Below, piece after piece: positions 10,881 through 23,842 of a stretch of 64,000 bases of DNA (position 1 is its first letter; each line of letters begins with the position of its first letter). The stretch comes from Albugo candida. Its lineage: Eukaryota. A program made the position numbers and the translations under genes. Below the pieces are notes generated by a model. That model had not been told where the DNA came from and ran no database searches. It saw only the letters and a program-made list of their open reading frames with translations. Location: contig JBDOQK010000013.1 in the NCBI GenBank assembly GCA_040437565.1, positions 62,001 through 126,000 of the forward strand. Reading direction: 5' to 3'.

Positions 10881-13376
10881 ATGCTTCGGCCTTTGTCTTT
10901 GTTCAACAATTGGGCTCCACCAAAGCGGTCTGAAAGAAAACAAGTCAAACCAATCCGCGCATCAGCTAGCTCAGAATCTAGTCCAACTCACTCAGCCTCC
11001 AAGTACGCCTTTTCTTGATACAAGTACATGAACATATCTAACGCGCTCGAATAAGAGTATTTGATGTAGATGGGTGGTGGGAATCCAAGATCAATAAAAG
11101 CTTAGTGGTCGAGTCAGGCGCGCGAATGGATGAGTGGATTTCATTTCAGTTTGATAGTGCCAGCATCATCACTTTTATTGATTTGAAGTGGCGCAGCAAA
11201 CTGATACCTGCAAAGGTCATTATAGAAACTTCGATCGATGAGTTTGCATACAAAGCGACTTCAGTGGTGACGGTAGTGAACCAGAATACCCAGGTCACGT
11301 TCTCACAGGTATTTATACTTTTTCTTATCAGTGAAATTGGTGACGCATTTCATGAATCTCACAACAGGGCCAAGCAATTAAAAACGTACGAATTTCTATG
11401 TGCACTCATAGAGGCGAATCCAGACAAATTGGAATTGAATCAGTCAGATTTTATACAACGATTGACGAGCAATTTTATAATGCCCCTGATATTCTTCTCC
11501 GCGATATGGAGGAATGGCTATATAAAGCTTCAAGCTCGCATGATGCTGCAGTTCGAGAAATTGCGCTGGATGCTTTTCAGAAATTGGTGTTAGCTTCAGG
11601 GTCTCTCTGTTGTCTTTTCAAGCTGGGAAGCTCCCTACTTTCAGAAAAAGTATTGTCACAAAGAACTAATGACAAAAACTCTTTACAGCGAAGCTGGAAT
11701 CAGGCCGATCTCATGTCGACAACAAGCAAAATCAGAGCCCATCAGTTCCTCGTTGAACTGTCTTCGCTACTAATTCAGCATATGCTGAAACAGGAGGAAG
11801 ATTGCGCAATTTTGGACCCTAATGTAGTTCAAGAAATGACACGTCGTTCCCGCTATACTGCCAATTGCAAAGATGATATTTCTACGACTACTTGGTCAGA
11901 CCTCCTCACACAGGTTTGATGCAGTAGCTTGTCCCCTCTACCACTTTGATTCTTGATCAATAGCATTATTTGTAGCGAAATGACGGTGGTCTTAGCATGC
12001 CTTGGATCATGAAGGTGGTCGATCCAATGTTCGGCAAGTGCATAACTCGACGATCTCAGGTAAGCTGCGTTGATGATAGGTTTTAAAGCCAGGCCTCACC
12101 TCGATCACATATTCTAGCTCGCTTTAGTCCTCTTTCTACTTGTTCGCGAAATCTCACTCTGGCAAATGAAAAGAATGCAAGCAGGGGAGGGTCAAGTAGA
12201 CAGAGATGGGAGCAAGAGATGGCACAAGTTGGAGGAGCCGTTTTCTATTGAAGTCAATTTGGATGTTTTCGATCTTCTAGATCGCCTACTTCATAATCTT
12301 CTGGACGAGCGTATTTCATCCAGCGCACCGTCGCTGATGCACCTCACCGCAGTAAACTCTTCGGGGAAGCTGAAGTCGGAATCTGATGTAGAGTACAATC
12401 ACACAGGCAATACTGCAGACTCCAGTTGCAGTGCTATTCTATCATTTCTTCTGAATGGTTCCTTCATGGAGCTTGAGTCCTCAATATTGTCAAAAGACGC
12501 GAAACAAAATTGCTCAGATTTCCATCTTTCTTCTGACGAACTATGTGTCGCGATATTACAGGTACCATTTTCCCATTGATTTGTGGATATCGACGATAAG
12601 GCTTTGCGTAGATACTCTCTTCAAATCTCAGACGGCTGGTTCTATCTCATGTGGATCCTGCAGAAGTTGGTTTCAAATGCACGCAATTGAGTGCTGAAGA
12701 TGATATGGCTCTATCAACGCGGCGGAACGCAATAACTAAGACGCTTGAACAGCTCATTTCGCTTGGAACAAAACGAAGCGATCAATATTTTGATATTTCT
12801 CTCCAGGCAGCTGCGGCGATAGACGTGGGGATGGAAGTGTTTTATCCTTTGCCATATCATCGCACCCGGCTGCTTACATCCAGAATGGGAAATGGTGCGA
12901 CTTTGGAAGTCCAAGTGCGTTGGCCCGTCCAAGATCGTGATCAAGAAGATCCCCGATTCGAGAGATTTCTGCTCGCCATGCAGTTGGAATGTGTCAAACT
13001 GGGGCTGGCACACGCAATTCGAGGAAGTTGGCAATTTTACGTTCATCTTGTGATCCAGCTCTCACCAGCTCAAGACACGCGACATATATTGGAATGCCAG
13101 TTTGCCTCATGCATTCAGAGAGCAGGTTTTTCATCTTGGCAAGTTACTGCTGGAGCTCAAGAAATCTCCATAAGTCTCCAGAGGCATCTACACTGGGATC
13201 GAATGCAAAAAATGTCTCAGGATTCCGGGGCTGCTTGGATTCGTGTTTATCCCAGTGATGTAGCAACTTTTCATGAGGTGTTATCCGACGTCGAATCATT
13301 TGTTTGTCATCATGAGGAGCGCAAAGATGTCGCAGTTTACAAAGACAATCCAATCAACAAAAGTATCGCGCCATAA
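10881..13376 (+). CDS. Multi-exon protein with an N-terminal galactose-binding-like (F5/8 type C / DOC-like) domain and a helical region; possibly related to the N-terminus of large HECT/HERC-like ligases
   Basis: ASASSES...WWES...EWISFQFD...IDLKW...NVRISM...IGIESVRFY matches the discoidin/DOC fold pattern. Consecutive ORFs are linked by short introns. Start is approximate. Confidence 0.45.
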
Positions 13377-13443
13377 TTTGTACTAAGAGTCCAATAGTGT
13401 AGACAATATTGCAGTATCTGCATCAAATTCTCTTTCTATTGCT

Positions 13444-16400
13444 TCATACACCACGAGCAATGAGCGTGACACTTGCTTTGTCAGTTAGAGAATACGCATG
13501 CAACGAGGTGGATACTTTGCCTTTGACTTTGGGAGTAAATGAGACCGGGACTTCTATAAACTTGCGCGGCTGAATGGTTGTCGTGGTGTAGCTGCAATAG
13601 AATGGAGGACTTAATTCCTGGAGAAAGACCGTCATTGGATTATTTGACCCATTGCAAATGTAAACGGGTACTTGATGAAATTCTGCAATCGGACAGTTGC
13701 CACATTCTACCGCACGAGCATGAAAATAAAGCCCCTGACGGTTCATTTTTCTGGTGTAATAGAACGAGTCGGTTTGATTTCGTAAACCATGGCGACGACG
13801 AGCGGTACTCTCAAAACTTGGTAAGATTTCCAATGCACTTGGCTCTACCACGATGCTGATCTCACGGGATAGTGATGTCCCGACTTGTACAGTGAAAGAT
13901 CCATACCAAACATCCGCAGAAGCTTTGCCCTCGTTTGATCTCTGTTGCTCAGTATTCTTCTCGACTCCCAAACTTCGTCTTCTTGTGTTCTCTCTAAGAA
14001 ACGGACGGGATATTGGAGACACAATTATGCTGACGTTACATTTGGAATCCACTACACCTTGTTTCGGATTGATTTGAATATTTTCATGAATGCAAGATAT
14101 TTTGAAAGGAATAGATGAGTTGGAGTGGTTGGTGATTGACATATTTCCGTCGGGTACGATGGTCTCTCCATTGATCGAATTCGTGTTGAATCGTATGAAT
14201 GTTGGCGATATTTCGACCAATTCTTTGTCTTCGTCATCCTCGTTAAGCTCTTCGATTTGTGTAGGATTGTCGATTTTGATGAGAGATGGTTTGTCTTCAG
14301 GAAAAGACTTTTTGGTTGTTTGAGGATTCGATTCATGACAAGATCCCTTGGTTACATTGTTCCTTTCCTTCACACAGGCTTCAATCAAGACTTCGTAAGG
14401 AGCGAATAGAGTATTTGCATCAATACCACGGAATTGTAAAATTCCCGCAGATACACCAGCACAAGTAGCTTTGAATTCTAAGCTGAAATCTCGTCGAGCA
14501 CCAGCAGGAATGTCCAATACCGCTGGTGAAATCGTGTACTGATGACAACCAGTGCTTAATGGTAAGAGCGAGAAACAAATCCTTGCGGTCGAGTGACTTC
14601 GATTTGTAAAGCTGATATTTTCTTTTATGCTATCGCCGATGGAACAAAGTAATCTTCGGCAATATCTTGAGTCTCGCATAAAGGCTGAATGTGGTTGAAT
14701 GTCTTCATACTATCAGAAAAAAGTTTGAGCTTCAGCCTTCATGGTACAATGAGTACATACACGTGGTAAATTGACTTTTGAAGACTGTTGTTTGCAGTGT
14801 TTTCGTTTGACGTCCAGCTTCATAAAACCATTCTGCTCGTTGTCGGTGGTCCTATTAAGTCCTTTGGTAGGTAAAGTCACGCACCGCTCAGTTCCAGCAC
14901 ATATATTGCTTTTGTTCCTTTGCGTTTCTACCTAGAGGCCTCCATTGAGCAAAAGGGCACACTTCTTACGAAAAGGAGAGTGCCAACCTGTAAACAATCC
15001 ATGCTGCCGTCTTCCATATTTTCAGCTATACTATCCATTTTGTTTGTCAGTCTAGTTTTCGTGTTGCTCGTGGTGATATTGTCTGCACGGTAAGATTCGC
15101 TTGAGCACTTGTCAACATTTGACTCGTTTCGTAGTTCCAAGTCATCGTCACCAAGGCATGATGCATTGCTGCTGAACGAGAGACCAAAAAACTTTTCGGT
15201 CCAACCGCTTGAGCTTGATACCTCTCCGCTGTCTACCTCCGTTAGGCTTGCAGCAAAATGTCCGAGACGCACAGCACACTTATTCTTGCTTCTTTGATCA
15301 CGATTCCTAGATGTCTCTTTGATTTCTCTGATCGGCATATCTCGTCCATTTTCAGCATCTTCTGCATTTCGAAATTCTGTTCTTACACGATGTCGATCCG
15401 TTCCGTTTTGCTCAGAAGGCGATATATGAGAATTAGCTCTAGTGAAGAATTGCTGAGAATTCTGTTTTTCTTGAGTTTGCACGTGACTTTTCGAGTTACG
15501 CTGACAGTCAATATCCCTTCCTTTCATGCTGCATGAAGCGTTCCTCGAGTTGTCTGATAGCAAACCATTGAGTTCCCCCAATGCAACTTTGATTCCAGGG
15601 GGACCTCGTTTGATTACCTCTATGACTGAATCATCGTCTTGAGTCGAATGGCAACCAGAATAATTTAAAATATCTTGAAGTCGACTGTTGACGCACGCTG
15701 TAAATGCACGAGCCTCGCAAGTGTACTTTTGTGCCTCTGCCAGATTTTGATCGCTCTTGTAAGCACGCAGCTCTTTGTAACGTGAATGAGTGTTCTGCTT
15801 TTTCAATTCAAAATGATTATAAATGGACCTATATATCATAGACAGAGTCACGGTACCTGGGTCTCGTGCGCACTGACGACTAATTTCTTCAAACGATTCT
15901 TTTCTCCATCCCGCTAGTCGATGTGAGTTAGTTAAGAACTCCAATCAAGTTGAGCTAAACCAACTAACCTCTGCTCGTGGTGGCAACGGCTTTTCAATTT
16001 CCAGTGTTTCCCGTTCACTGTCAGCAAGAGACGCTGCCGCAGACGGAACAACATTTCCCTTTTCTATCCAATCTGACGAGGGCGGGTCAGTAGAATCGGT
16101 ACTTGGTGGCGGGAGCTCTGCTAGAAATTCATCTTCTTCTTGTTTCTTGAGGAATGATCCTGCGTCGCAACATAATCATTCACTTAAGCTCATATCGGTC
16201 CAATCAAACTTACTTGCATCTTGAAATGAAATATCAAGTTCTTCTTTTTCTTTCCTACTTTGGTCCTCCTTCTCAACCAGTCTTTCCCGCCCAAAATCGA
16301 CAGCTAAATTCATGCAATCAATGGATGGAATTAATTCCGTAAACTCATCGCATCCATAGCTTTCTTTTTTATCTAGCGAGTTTCTTCTTCGCTGAAACTG

Positions 16401-16706
16401 AGCTTTCTCCTGATCGTTTGAGTGTTGCCCTACTCGAGCATCATTCTCTTGATTAAATTCTGATACGCGTTCAGCAATACGCTTTGTGGTATATTCCAAC
16501 AAAGATGAATTTTTCTGATCGTTTATCCATGCTCCAGAGCCCGTTTCTTTTCGCAGTGCAATGTACCCGATGGAAGACGACGATGAGAAAGAAGCTGACG
16601 GCACAATCTTCCGTTTATCATTCCCTTGAAAAGATGCCGATAAATTGTGATCAACGCCATTGATTTCTCTCATCTGGCATCGCTTTCTCCTCTCTTCATT
16701 CTTCAT
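13444..16706 (-). CDS. CEP192/SPD-2-like centrosomal protein with C-terminal ASH/PapD-like Ig domains; multi-exon
   Basis: The C-terminus PFYCSYTTTTIQPRKFIEVPVSFTPKVKGK resembles the CEP192 terminal domain. Repeated ITN/FTNxS...P..G.V(I) ASH-type motifs follow a long low-complexity N-terminus. Confidence 0.6.
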
Positions 16707-16853
16707 ATTCTATGTTGCAGTAATTCGCGTTCTTTAGGCTTATTTCTGCCTCAAGGCAACTGCAAGAATGATGGTGTTGACTTTCACGTCGTGCTTATCG
16801 AGCATATAACTGCAATGTACCATTTATCGAATTATGTTACGATCTATCACTGA

Positions 16854-18300
16854 TTACGGCTTTTGTAAATTATAATTTCTCTCATGATCAAGCTTGTCTA
16901 CCGCTAACAGCTGATCTAGTAGAGGGACCCCAACCTCTGGAACCCAGGGACGTGGACGCGCCATTATGCGTTCACTACTTTGGTCGGAGAAAATTGATGT
17001 AATGTTCAGACCAGGATACTTGCGTTTCATCTGATCGGATGATTTTTCAAGTTGCTCTTTTAGAAGAGCTTGTCGCCGTTTACGTCTTCCGTGATGACGC
17101 GAGAGCGATCCAACTCGATATGTATTCTCACCGCTTTGTGGACGTAAGGGAAACCAGTGTCCACGTTCCCACAGTGCCCATGCGTGTTCTTCCAAAAACT
17201 GCTGCTGCTTCTGAGTTATATATTTAATTGCGTTTGTTACCTCGCTTGTCTCCTTAGTGTTTCTTCCCTTGGATGGCTTTGGCCATGATGTGATGTAAAA
17301 GCTCCATGGTTTTGTTGCATACAACTCATCAAGGTCCTTTGGAGTCAATGAGACAAAGGGATGTGTTCCAGTGGTTTCTAAACAGCGAGAAATGCTACTC
17401 AGTAACTACGCACGATAAATAAGAAAATGTATGAATTACTCGAGATAGATGTGCTTCTTAGATGGCTAGTGGCAGAGTCACTTCCTCCATTTTCAGATCC
17501 CTTCTTCAATCCAGAATTCGTTAAAGTATCGACTGTAAAAGCGCTCAGATTGATAAGAAAAACTTGTTGACACGTCGACTTACACTTACCTCCATACTTT
17601 TCTTTCCGACATGTTAGTAGTTTCATACGCTGTAGATTGCGTTTCTCGCGACGATTTCTTGCTCGTGTCGAGTTTTTGACTAAAAGCTGGTGCGGGAGTA
17701 CATTAACATTGTCATCTTGCATCAGATAGCTCTCAAAAATGGTGGCTAAAAGTTCCGGTGTGTCTTTCCGATCAAATTCAAAGTTTCCTTGCAGCCACTT
17801 TTTGCAGTCAATAACATCAAACCGATCGTAATACTGCGTTTCATTCAATCTCATTTTCAGAGCATTTTTCTCACTCTCGAGCTGATCGATGATTTCCTCG
17901 AGATACTGGTTTTCCTCTTGTAGCTCCTGTGTTTGGTCTGCATGATTGCTGGGTGGATTAGCTCCTTCAGTCTCACTACCCAGCAATTTTTCCTCTTCCA
18001 GATTACATTGCTGATAATCCCAAGAGGTCGGACTCACTGGTACGGCGTTAAGCTGGACGGTATCATGGTCTTTCATTATAAAGTCTCCGGGGCTTTTTTC
18101 CGGGGTTATCCGCGGAATTTGTAGGCTAGAGTCTGCTCGCATCTCGATTACGAGCGACTGACACAGAATCTTTTCAGCCTGTAGACGAGTCAAGTAAGTG
18201 TACAGGAATTCCGAGTAAACGGTAGCGAAGATGGGTCTATGCTCGGGAACTAAATTTCAAAGTGGGTAATTGTACCATGCGTAACCCACACTGTGGAATT
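16854..18300 (-). mobile_element. Probable decayed transposon/retroelement-associated ORF relic
   Basis: Two ORF pieces with no ATG start and no clear intron between them. They contain a coiled coil and LDELYATKPW...FLEEHAWALWERGHWFP, which I recall from repetitive oomycete TE-associated hypothetical proteins. No RT or integrase seen. Confidence 0.35.
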
Positions 18301-18956
18301 TATTATTCATTATCGCAGGTGTCACACTTTACACGCCTGAAGCTCAGTCTTTAACTTTCATTTAGTAGTGGGGAGCTCGTGTCCTCTCGAGGCGCTAAAT
18401 TTAAACAAGCAATCGAGCTACGTTGACCAGCGAATGTGGAGCACAAGCACTGATAATCAGGTAATATCAATAGCCAATGCTCTGGCGTTAGGAACGTGAT
18501 ACAGGACTTGAGCATATTGTAGCATTCCGTCTCAGCCTAGGCTAATTACACCACCTATACTCGAGCAAACAGTCTCTCTTCTTCGAGATGCTTGCAAGGA
18601 TCATTCGGTTGACGGAAATAATAAACCTGAAATGTCTTTGGATTAAAAATCGGCTTATTCTGAGATCAGCACAAAGATGCGATAATGTCTTGTAATGCTT
18701 TTTCGTTGTGTTTGTAAGAAACATGTCAACTTTTCGATAATTATGATTTTAACAGAACGCCTGCGTGGTTAACATGTATTTTTTGTTCGGATTGCATATC
18801 GCGTCAGAAGAATAGTATGCTTGCCATGTGTTTTCCTGCCGCCTGTTTGGTCTCAAGGTACTGCGGCACTCTATCTTCACGTGACTTTCGTGTCAAAATT
18901 GAGCAAGCTCGTCGCGTAGTACAATGTATCTCGCATCAGCTCTACTTAATTGAAAT

Positions 18957-21006
18957 TCATTTTGGTTGACGTGTTAGTGTCTCTACAACTAAAAACATGA
19001 TAGCAGCATTCGGTACAACGCGCATGAGATGAGCTGACAGTCCGCCATACAAACCGGCCAAGCCTTCCTCTACAAAAATGGTTTGGATTGATTGTACCAT
19101 ACTGCGATATTTGAGTGCATTAGAGCCCATTGGTGCTCTTTGGTCACGCATTCGTGTCCGTACAACCTGCGAGAAAAACAATGAGTCACTCAATGAGCAC
19201 ACATTTTCAGTAGAGGTCGTACTTCATGAGGATAAGTGAGCGCTGATGCGAGTAATTTGGACAAACCTGCCGCTAGAAAAACTTTGAGATTGTTTGAATC
19301 ATCAATATAATGCCTGCTTTCCTCATATAAAGCAAATTGTATTGCGCTCTCAGAGATACCCCAATACGAAGCCGACAAGCCACGAAAAAAAGCCCGAGCT
19401 CCTTCGCGTTTGTACATGTCAACTGCGACCTTGCGAACGCTTGTGAAGTGGTAGGTTTTCGGTGTGGAATGAACCACCGATTGGAGAGCAGCGGCTCCTT
19501 GGCGTTGCCACNNNNNNNNNNNNNNNNNNNNNNNNNNNNNNNNNNNNNNNNNNNNNNNNNNNNNNNNNNNNNNNNNNNNNNNNNNNNNNNNNNNNNNNNN
19601 NNNNNNNNNNNGTGCATTAGAGCCCATTGGTGCTCTTTGGTCACGCATTCGTGTCCGTACAACCTGCGAGAAAAACAATGAGTGACTCAATGAGCACACA
19701 TTTTCAGTAGAGGTCGTACTTCATGAGGATAAGTGAGCGCTGATGCGAGTAATTTGGACAAACCTGCCGCTAGAAAAACTTTGAGATTGTTTGAATCATC
19801 AATATAATGCCTGCTTTCCTCATATAAAGCAAATTGTATTGCGCTCTCAGAGATACCCCAATACGAAGCCGACAAGCCACGAAAAAAAGCCCGAGCTCCT
19901 TCGCGTTTGTACATGTCAACTGCGACCTTGCGAACGCTTGTGAAGTGGTAGGTTTTCGGTGTGGAATGAACCACCGATTGGAGAGCAGCGGCTCCTTGGC
20001 GTTGCCACATGATGGATTGCTGGGGTTGAGTGGGCATCAGCTGAAGTCTCGTTTTAAGTACCCATATAGGGCAAGTGAATGTAGCAGCTAATGATCCAGC
20101 TCCTGCTGCGGAAAGGAGATTGTACCCACTGCCTTGAAGACCAGCTTTCTCAAATTCATACTTGAACGTTCTGAAAAATCCAAAATACGCGGCTCGAGCT
20201 GGGACGACACCTACAAGAGTGGGTGTGATTCCACGCCATAATCCAAATATCGATTCTAACGATCAAAACGAATGATTCAGGCAAATGGATAGGCAGCTTG
20301 AATGCTGATGCTCATTACCGTTTCTTGCAATCGATCGCATGACACTCCAAGTCGAAGAATTCCCAAAGGAGCCGCCATGTGTNNNNNNNNNNNNNNNNNN
20401 NNNNNNNNNNNNNNNNNNNNNNNNNNNNNNNNNNNNNNNNNNNNNNNNNNNNNNNNNNNNNNNNNNNNNNNNNNNNNNNNNNATTCAAGCTGCCTATCCA
20501 TTTGCCTGAATCATTCGTTTTGATCGTTAGAATCGATATTTGGATTATGGCGTGGAATCACACCATAATCCAAATATCGATTCTAACGATCAAAACGAAT
20601 GATTCAGGCAAATGGATAGGCAGCTTGAATGCTGATGCTCATTACCGTTTCTTGCAATCGATCGCATGACACTCCAAGTCGAAGAATTCCCAAAGGAGCC
20701 GCCATGTGTTAAGGATCTAAATTTCACTTCTTTCATAAAAGAAGTCATATACAGTTTAGGTATCATTACGAACTTTCTACTTCGAACTTGCAGTCGTGTT
20801 TTCACGACTTCCAAGGGCGACGTGATGACAGCTGCAAAGATGCCACCGATCGCGCCGGCAATAAAGTGCTGTCGTTGTCGAGTTAATGCAATCGCTGTCG
20901 TGCCGGGTCGGGTACAGGTACTGTCTTCTATTGCAAACTTATCAATTGGTGTGTTTATGATTGTAGGGGCAGATAGAGCGGACACAGGTGTTGAAATCGC
21001 AGTCAT
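18957..21006 (-). CDS. Mitochondrial carrier, SLC25A33/SLC25A36/Rim2-type pyrimidine nucleotide transporter; fragments duplicated across gaps
   Basis: Carrier signatures PLEVVKTRLQ, PIWVLKTRLQL and PHEVVRTRMR, plus FFRGLSASYWGISESAIQF and LMRVVPNAAIMF. Confidence 0.9.
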
Positions 21007-21755
21007 ATTCGTGACGTCCAATAAAGTATGTGCCACACTTAAGGGAATATATATTAAATGTGTGAGGCATAGTAGTGCATGGACATGGATGCGGCAGTTG
21101 ACCTACCGCCGTGAACATGACTAAGGTCATATCACTTGAAAAAGTGTACTAGGATACNNNNNNNNNNNNNNNNNNNNNNNNNNNNNNNNNNNNNNNNNNN
21201 NNNNNNNNNNNNNNNNNNNNNNNNNNNNNNNNNNNNNNNNNNNNNNNNNNNNNNNNNCAAACTTATCAATTGGTGTGTTTATGATTGTAGGGGCAGATAG
21301 AGCGGACACAGGTGTTGAAATCGCAGTCATATTCGTGACGTCCAATAAAGTATGTGCCACACTTAAGGGAATATATATTAAATGTGTGAGGCATAGTAGT
21401 GCATGGACATGGATGCGGCAGTTGACCTACCGCCGTGAACATGACTAAGGTCATATCACTTGAAAAAGTGTACTAGGATACGTGGTCGCAGGTCGGCGCG
21501 ACTCGAGAGAATTCAGAGACAGGAAGTGACTAGAATAATTCACGCATTGACTCTCCTTTGTGATGATACATAGATACTGAGCTGTAGGGGTGAAGGATCA
21601 TAGCGTTTGTCTGTTACTTTAATGCAAAGCAAATTGATGCAACAATTTCACCGCCATATTCTTTTCGTTTGACGAGAGTCGCTGCCATTATAGCGAAAGG
21701 TTTATCACATTCCACAGGATATTGTTGCATTCATTACACAACTTTCTTCAAAAAT

Positions 21756-22376
21756 ATGCATAGAGCTGCTTGCGTTATTTTACGTCAACGCGGTGTTCGT
21801 ACTTATGCTACGAGTCGTGTCAAACTCTTGGGATCGCATGATGCATATAAGAGTATCACAAAGGTAAAGTATCGAGAAACGGATGTATAAAATGCAGGGT
21901 AAGATGCGCAATGCGTAGGAAGGATCTGGACGGAAAACAATCGTTTATTTCACAGCCAAATGGTGTCCTCCGTGTAAATTTATATCGCCTATTTTCGATG
22001 AATTGAGGTAATGAACACAACGACGCAGAAATGCGTGTCAGCTAACGAGTGTATAGTGATGTGCATACGGCAGTGGAATTTGTCAAAGTAGACGTTGATG
22101 AACTTAAAGAAACCGCGAACGAAGCTGGCGTTAGTGTGAGTGAGGCATATCAAAATGAAACGTGCAGCTACTAATCGATTTTTGATATCAGTCGATGCCT
22201 ACTTTTCACTTTTTTCGAGGGGATGCCTTTCTGAAAGAACTTTCGGTAAAGCGATTGCTACTTTTTTGATACAATAACATTCATGCGTGATGTAATGCAA
22301 CTAGTTTACTGGAGCGGATGAAGCTTTGTTGCGAACGAATGCAGCTAAACTTAATGAATTAAAGGAAGATGTTTAG
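21756..22376 (+). CDS. Thioredoxin with a WCPPC active site and probable mitochondrial presequence; about 6 exons
   Basis: IVYFTAKWCPPCKFISPIFDEL, VEFVKVDVDE and SMPTFHFF in successive exons. The N-terminus MHRAACVILRQRGVRTYA is Arg-rich and lacks acidic residues. Confidence 0.85.
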
Positions 22377-22847
22377 CACCATCCTTGCCATCAAATATTG
22401 CCGGATCTAGTTGTGCTTCAAATAAACTCAACTGTGAATTTTCATTTTGGTCCCTATAATCCATGGACATTCATTTTACTGAGCAATTTTGAGCTGCACA
22501 CGTGGCACCGCTTACTATTACATCAAAAACTAGGAATGACAACGACGCAGCATCTATATCTCCATCACAATGACTCAAACGTAGATCACCATGCTCTCAG
22601 TCATGACATCGGCTCAGCTCAACCGACAGCCATCTTATCGATCCATAAGTAGGAAAGTTTGCACAAGTGACATTTGTCCTGGTGGATTAGAAATGTACCA
22701 TCATTTGCTGCTGTCATTGCCCTTCCTTCTAAGCGATTAGATCAAAGCGCTTGCGAGTAAAATCGGTATACGTAGCCTATCTGATTCATTCTACAATCTC
22801 GACCCTGCCACGCGTAAAGAATGGCACGAAATCAATAAGCCAATCAC

Positions 22848-23777
22848 ATGCTCCGACTTGGAAGCATACTGCGACCTTCACCAATCATTAAGTTGACGAG
22901 CCCAATGAGCAGCGTCTCTAGTGCGGGTGCATTTAAACTTGCTCTTTGCCAAATATCAGTAAGCGATGATAAGACGAAGAATATCGCAGCTGCTCGAAGT
23001 GCGGTCACAGAAGCCGCATCTAAGGGAGCGAAAATGATTGCATTACCTGAATGCTGGAATTCACCTTACGCGACCGTATCGTTTCCACAGTATGCTGAAG
23101 AGATACCTTCTGAGTCTTGTTCGTTGAAAGAACAGGAGCATCCATCAACCTTTGCAATGTCCGCATTGGCTCAGAGCCTGCAAGTTTATATCATAGGAGG
23201 TTCTATTCCCGAACGTTGTGGGTCTGAAATATACAACACTAGTGTGATTTTCGCACCGACGGGTGCGATTCTCGGGAAACACCGCAAAATGCATCTTTTT
23301 GACATTGATGTACCGGGTAAAATCACATTCAAAGAGTCAGAAACCCTCAGTCCTGGGAATCAAGTAACAGTGTGCGACACAAACTACTGCAAAGTTGGAG
23401 TGGCGATCTGTTATGACATTCGGTTCTCAGAATTATCCATGTTGATGAGAGAAAAACAAGCAAAACTGCTTATTTTCCCAGGTGCATTCAATATGACCAC
23501 AGGGCCCGCCCACTGGGAATTATTGGCTCGAGCTCGAGCAGTGGATAATCAGCTTTATGTTGCGGTTGTCTCTCCTGCGCGGAGCCCAACGAGCAAATAT
23601 CAGGCTTGGGGTCATTCTTCAATAATTTCACCTTGGGGGGAGGTGATTTCAACATGTAAGCATGACGAGGCGATCATCTATGCAGACATCAACCTAGCTC
23701 AAGTTGATGAAATGCGACAAAATATTCCTACAATGTCTCAGCGACGAACAGATATTTATGAGCTGGTAAAACATTAG
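22848..23777 (+). CDS. NIT2: Omega-amidase NIT2 (nitrilase superfamily)
   Basis: ALPECWNSPY, HRKMHLFDIDVPGKITFKESETLSPG, ICYDIRF and AFNMTTGPAHWELL; the E-K-C catalytic triad is present. Confidence 0.93.
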   Translation: MLRLGSILRPSPIIKLTSPMSSVSSAGAFKLALCQISVSDDKTKNIAAARSAVTEAASKGAKMIALPECWNSPYATVSFPQYAEEIPSESCSLKEQEHPSTFAMSALAQSLQVYIIGGSIPERCGSEIYNTSVIFAPTGAILGKHRKMHLFDIDVPGKITFKESETLSPGNQVTVCDTNYCKVGVAICYDIRFSELSMLMREKQAKLLIFPGAFNMTTGPAHWELLARARAVDNQLYVAVVSPARSPTSKYQAWGHSSIISPWGEVISTCKHDEAIIYADINLAQVDEMRQNIPTMSQRRTDIYELVKH

Positions 23778-23842
23778 CGAGAATCTCAATTAACAAAGCT
23801 TCGTCAACAAAAGGCATAAATCAAAGATAAAAAACGCTATGC

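Noticed and set aside
20483..20645. Long palindrome inside the mitochondrial carrier gene
   Set aside because: It begins exactly at a contig edge and is an inverted copy of adjacent sequence, typical of a fold-back/chimeric read artefact.
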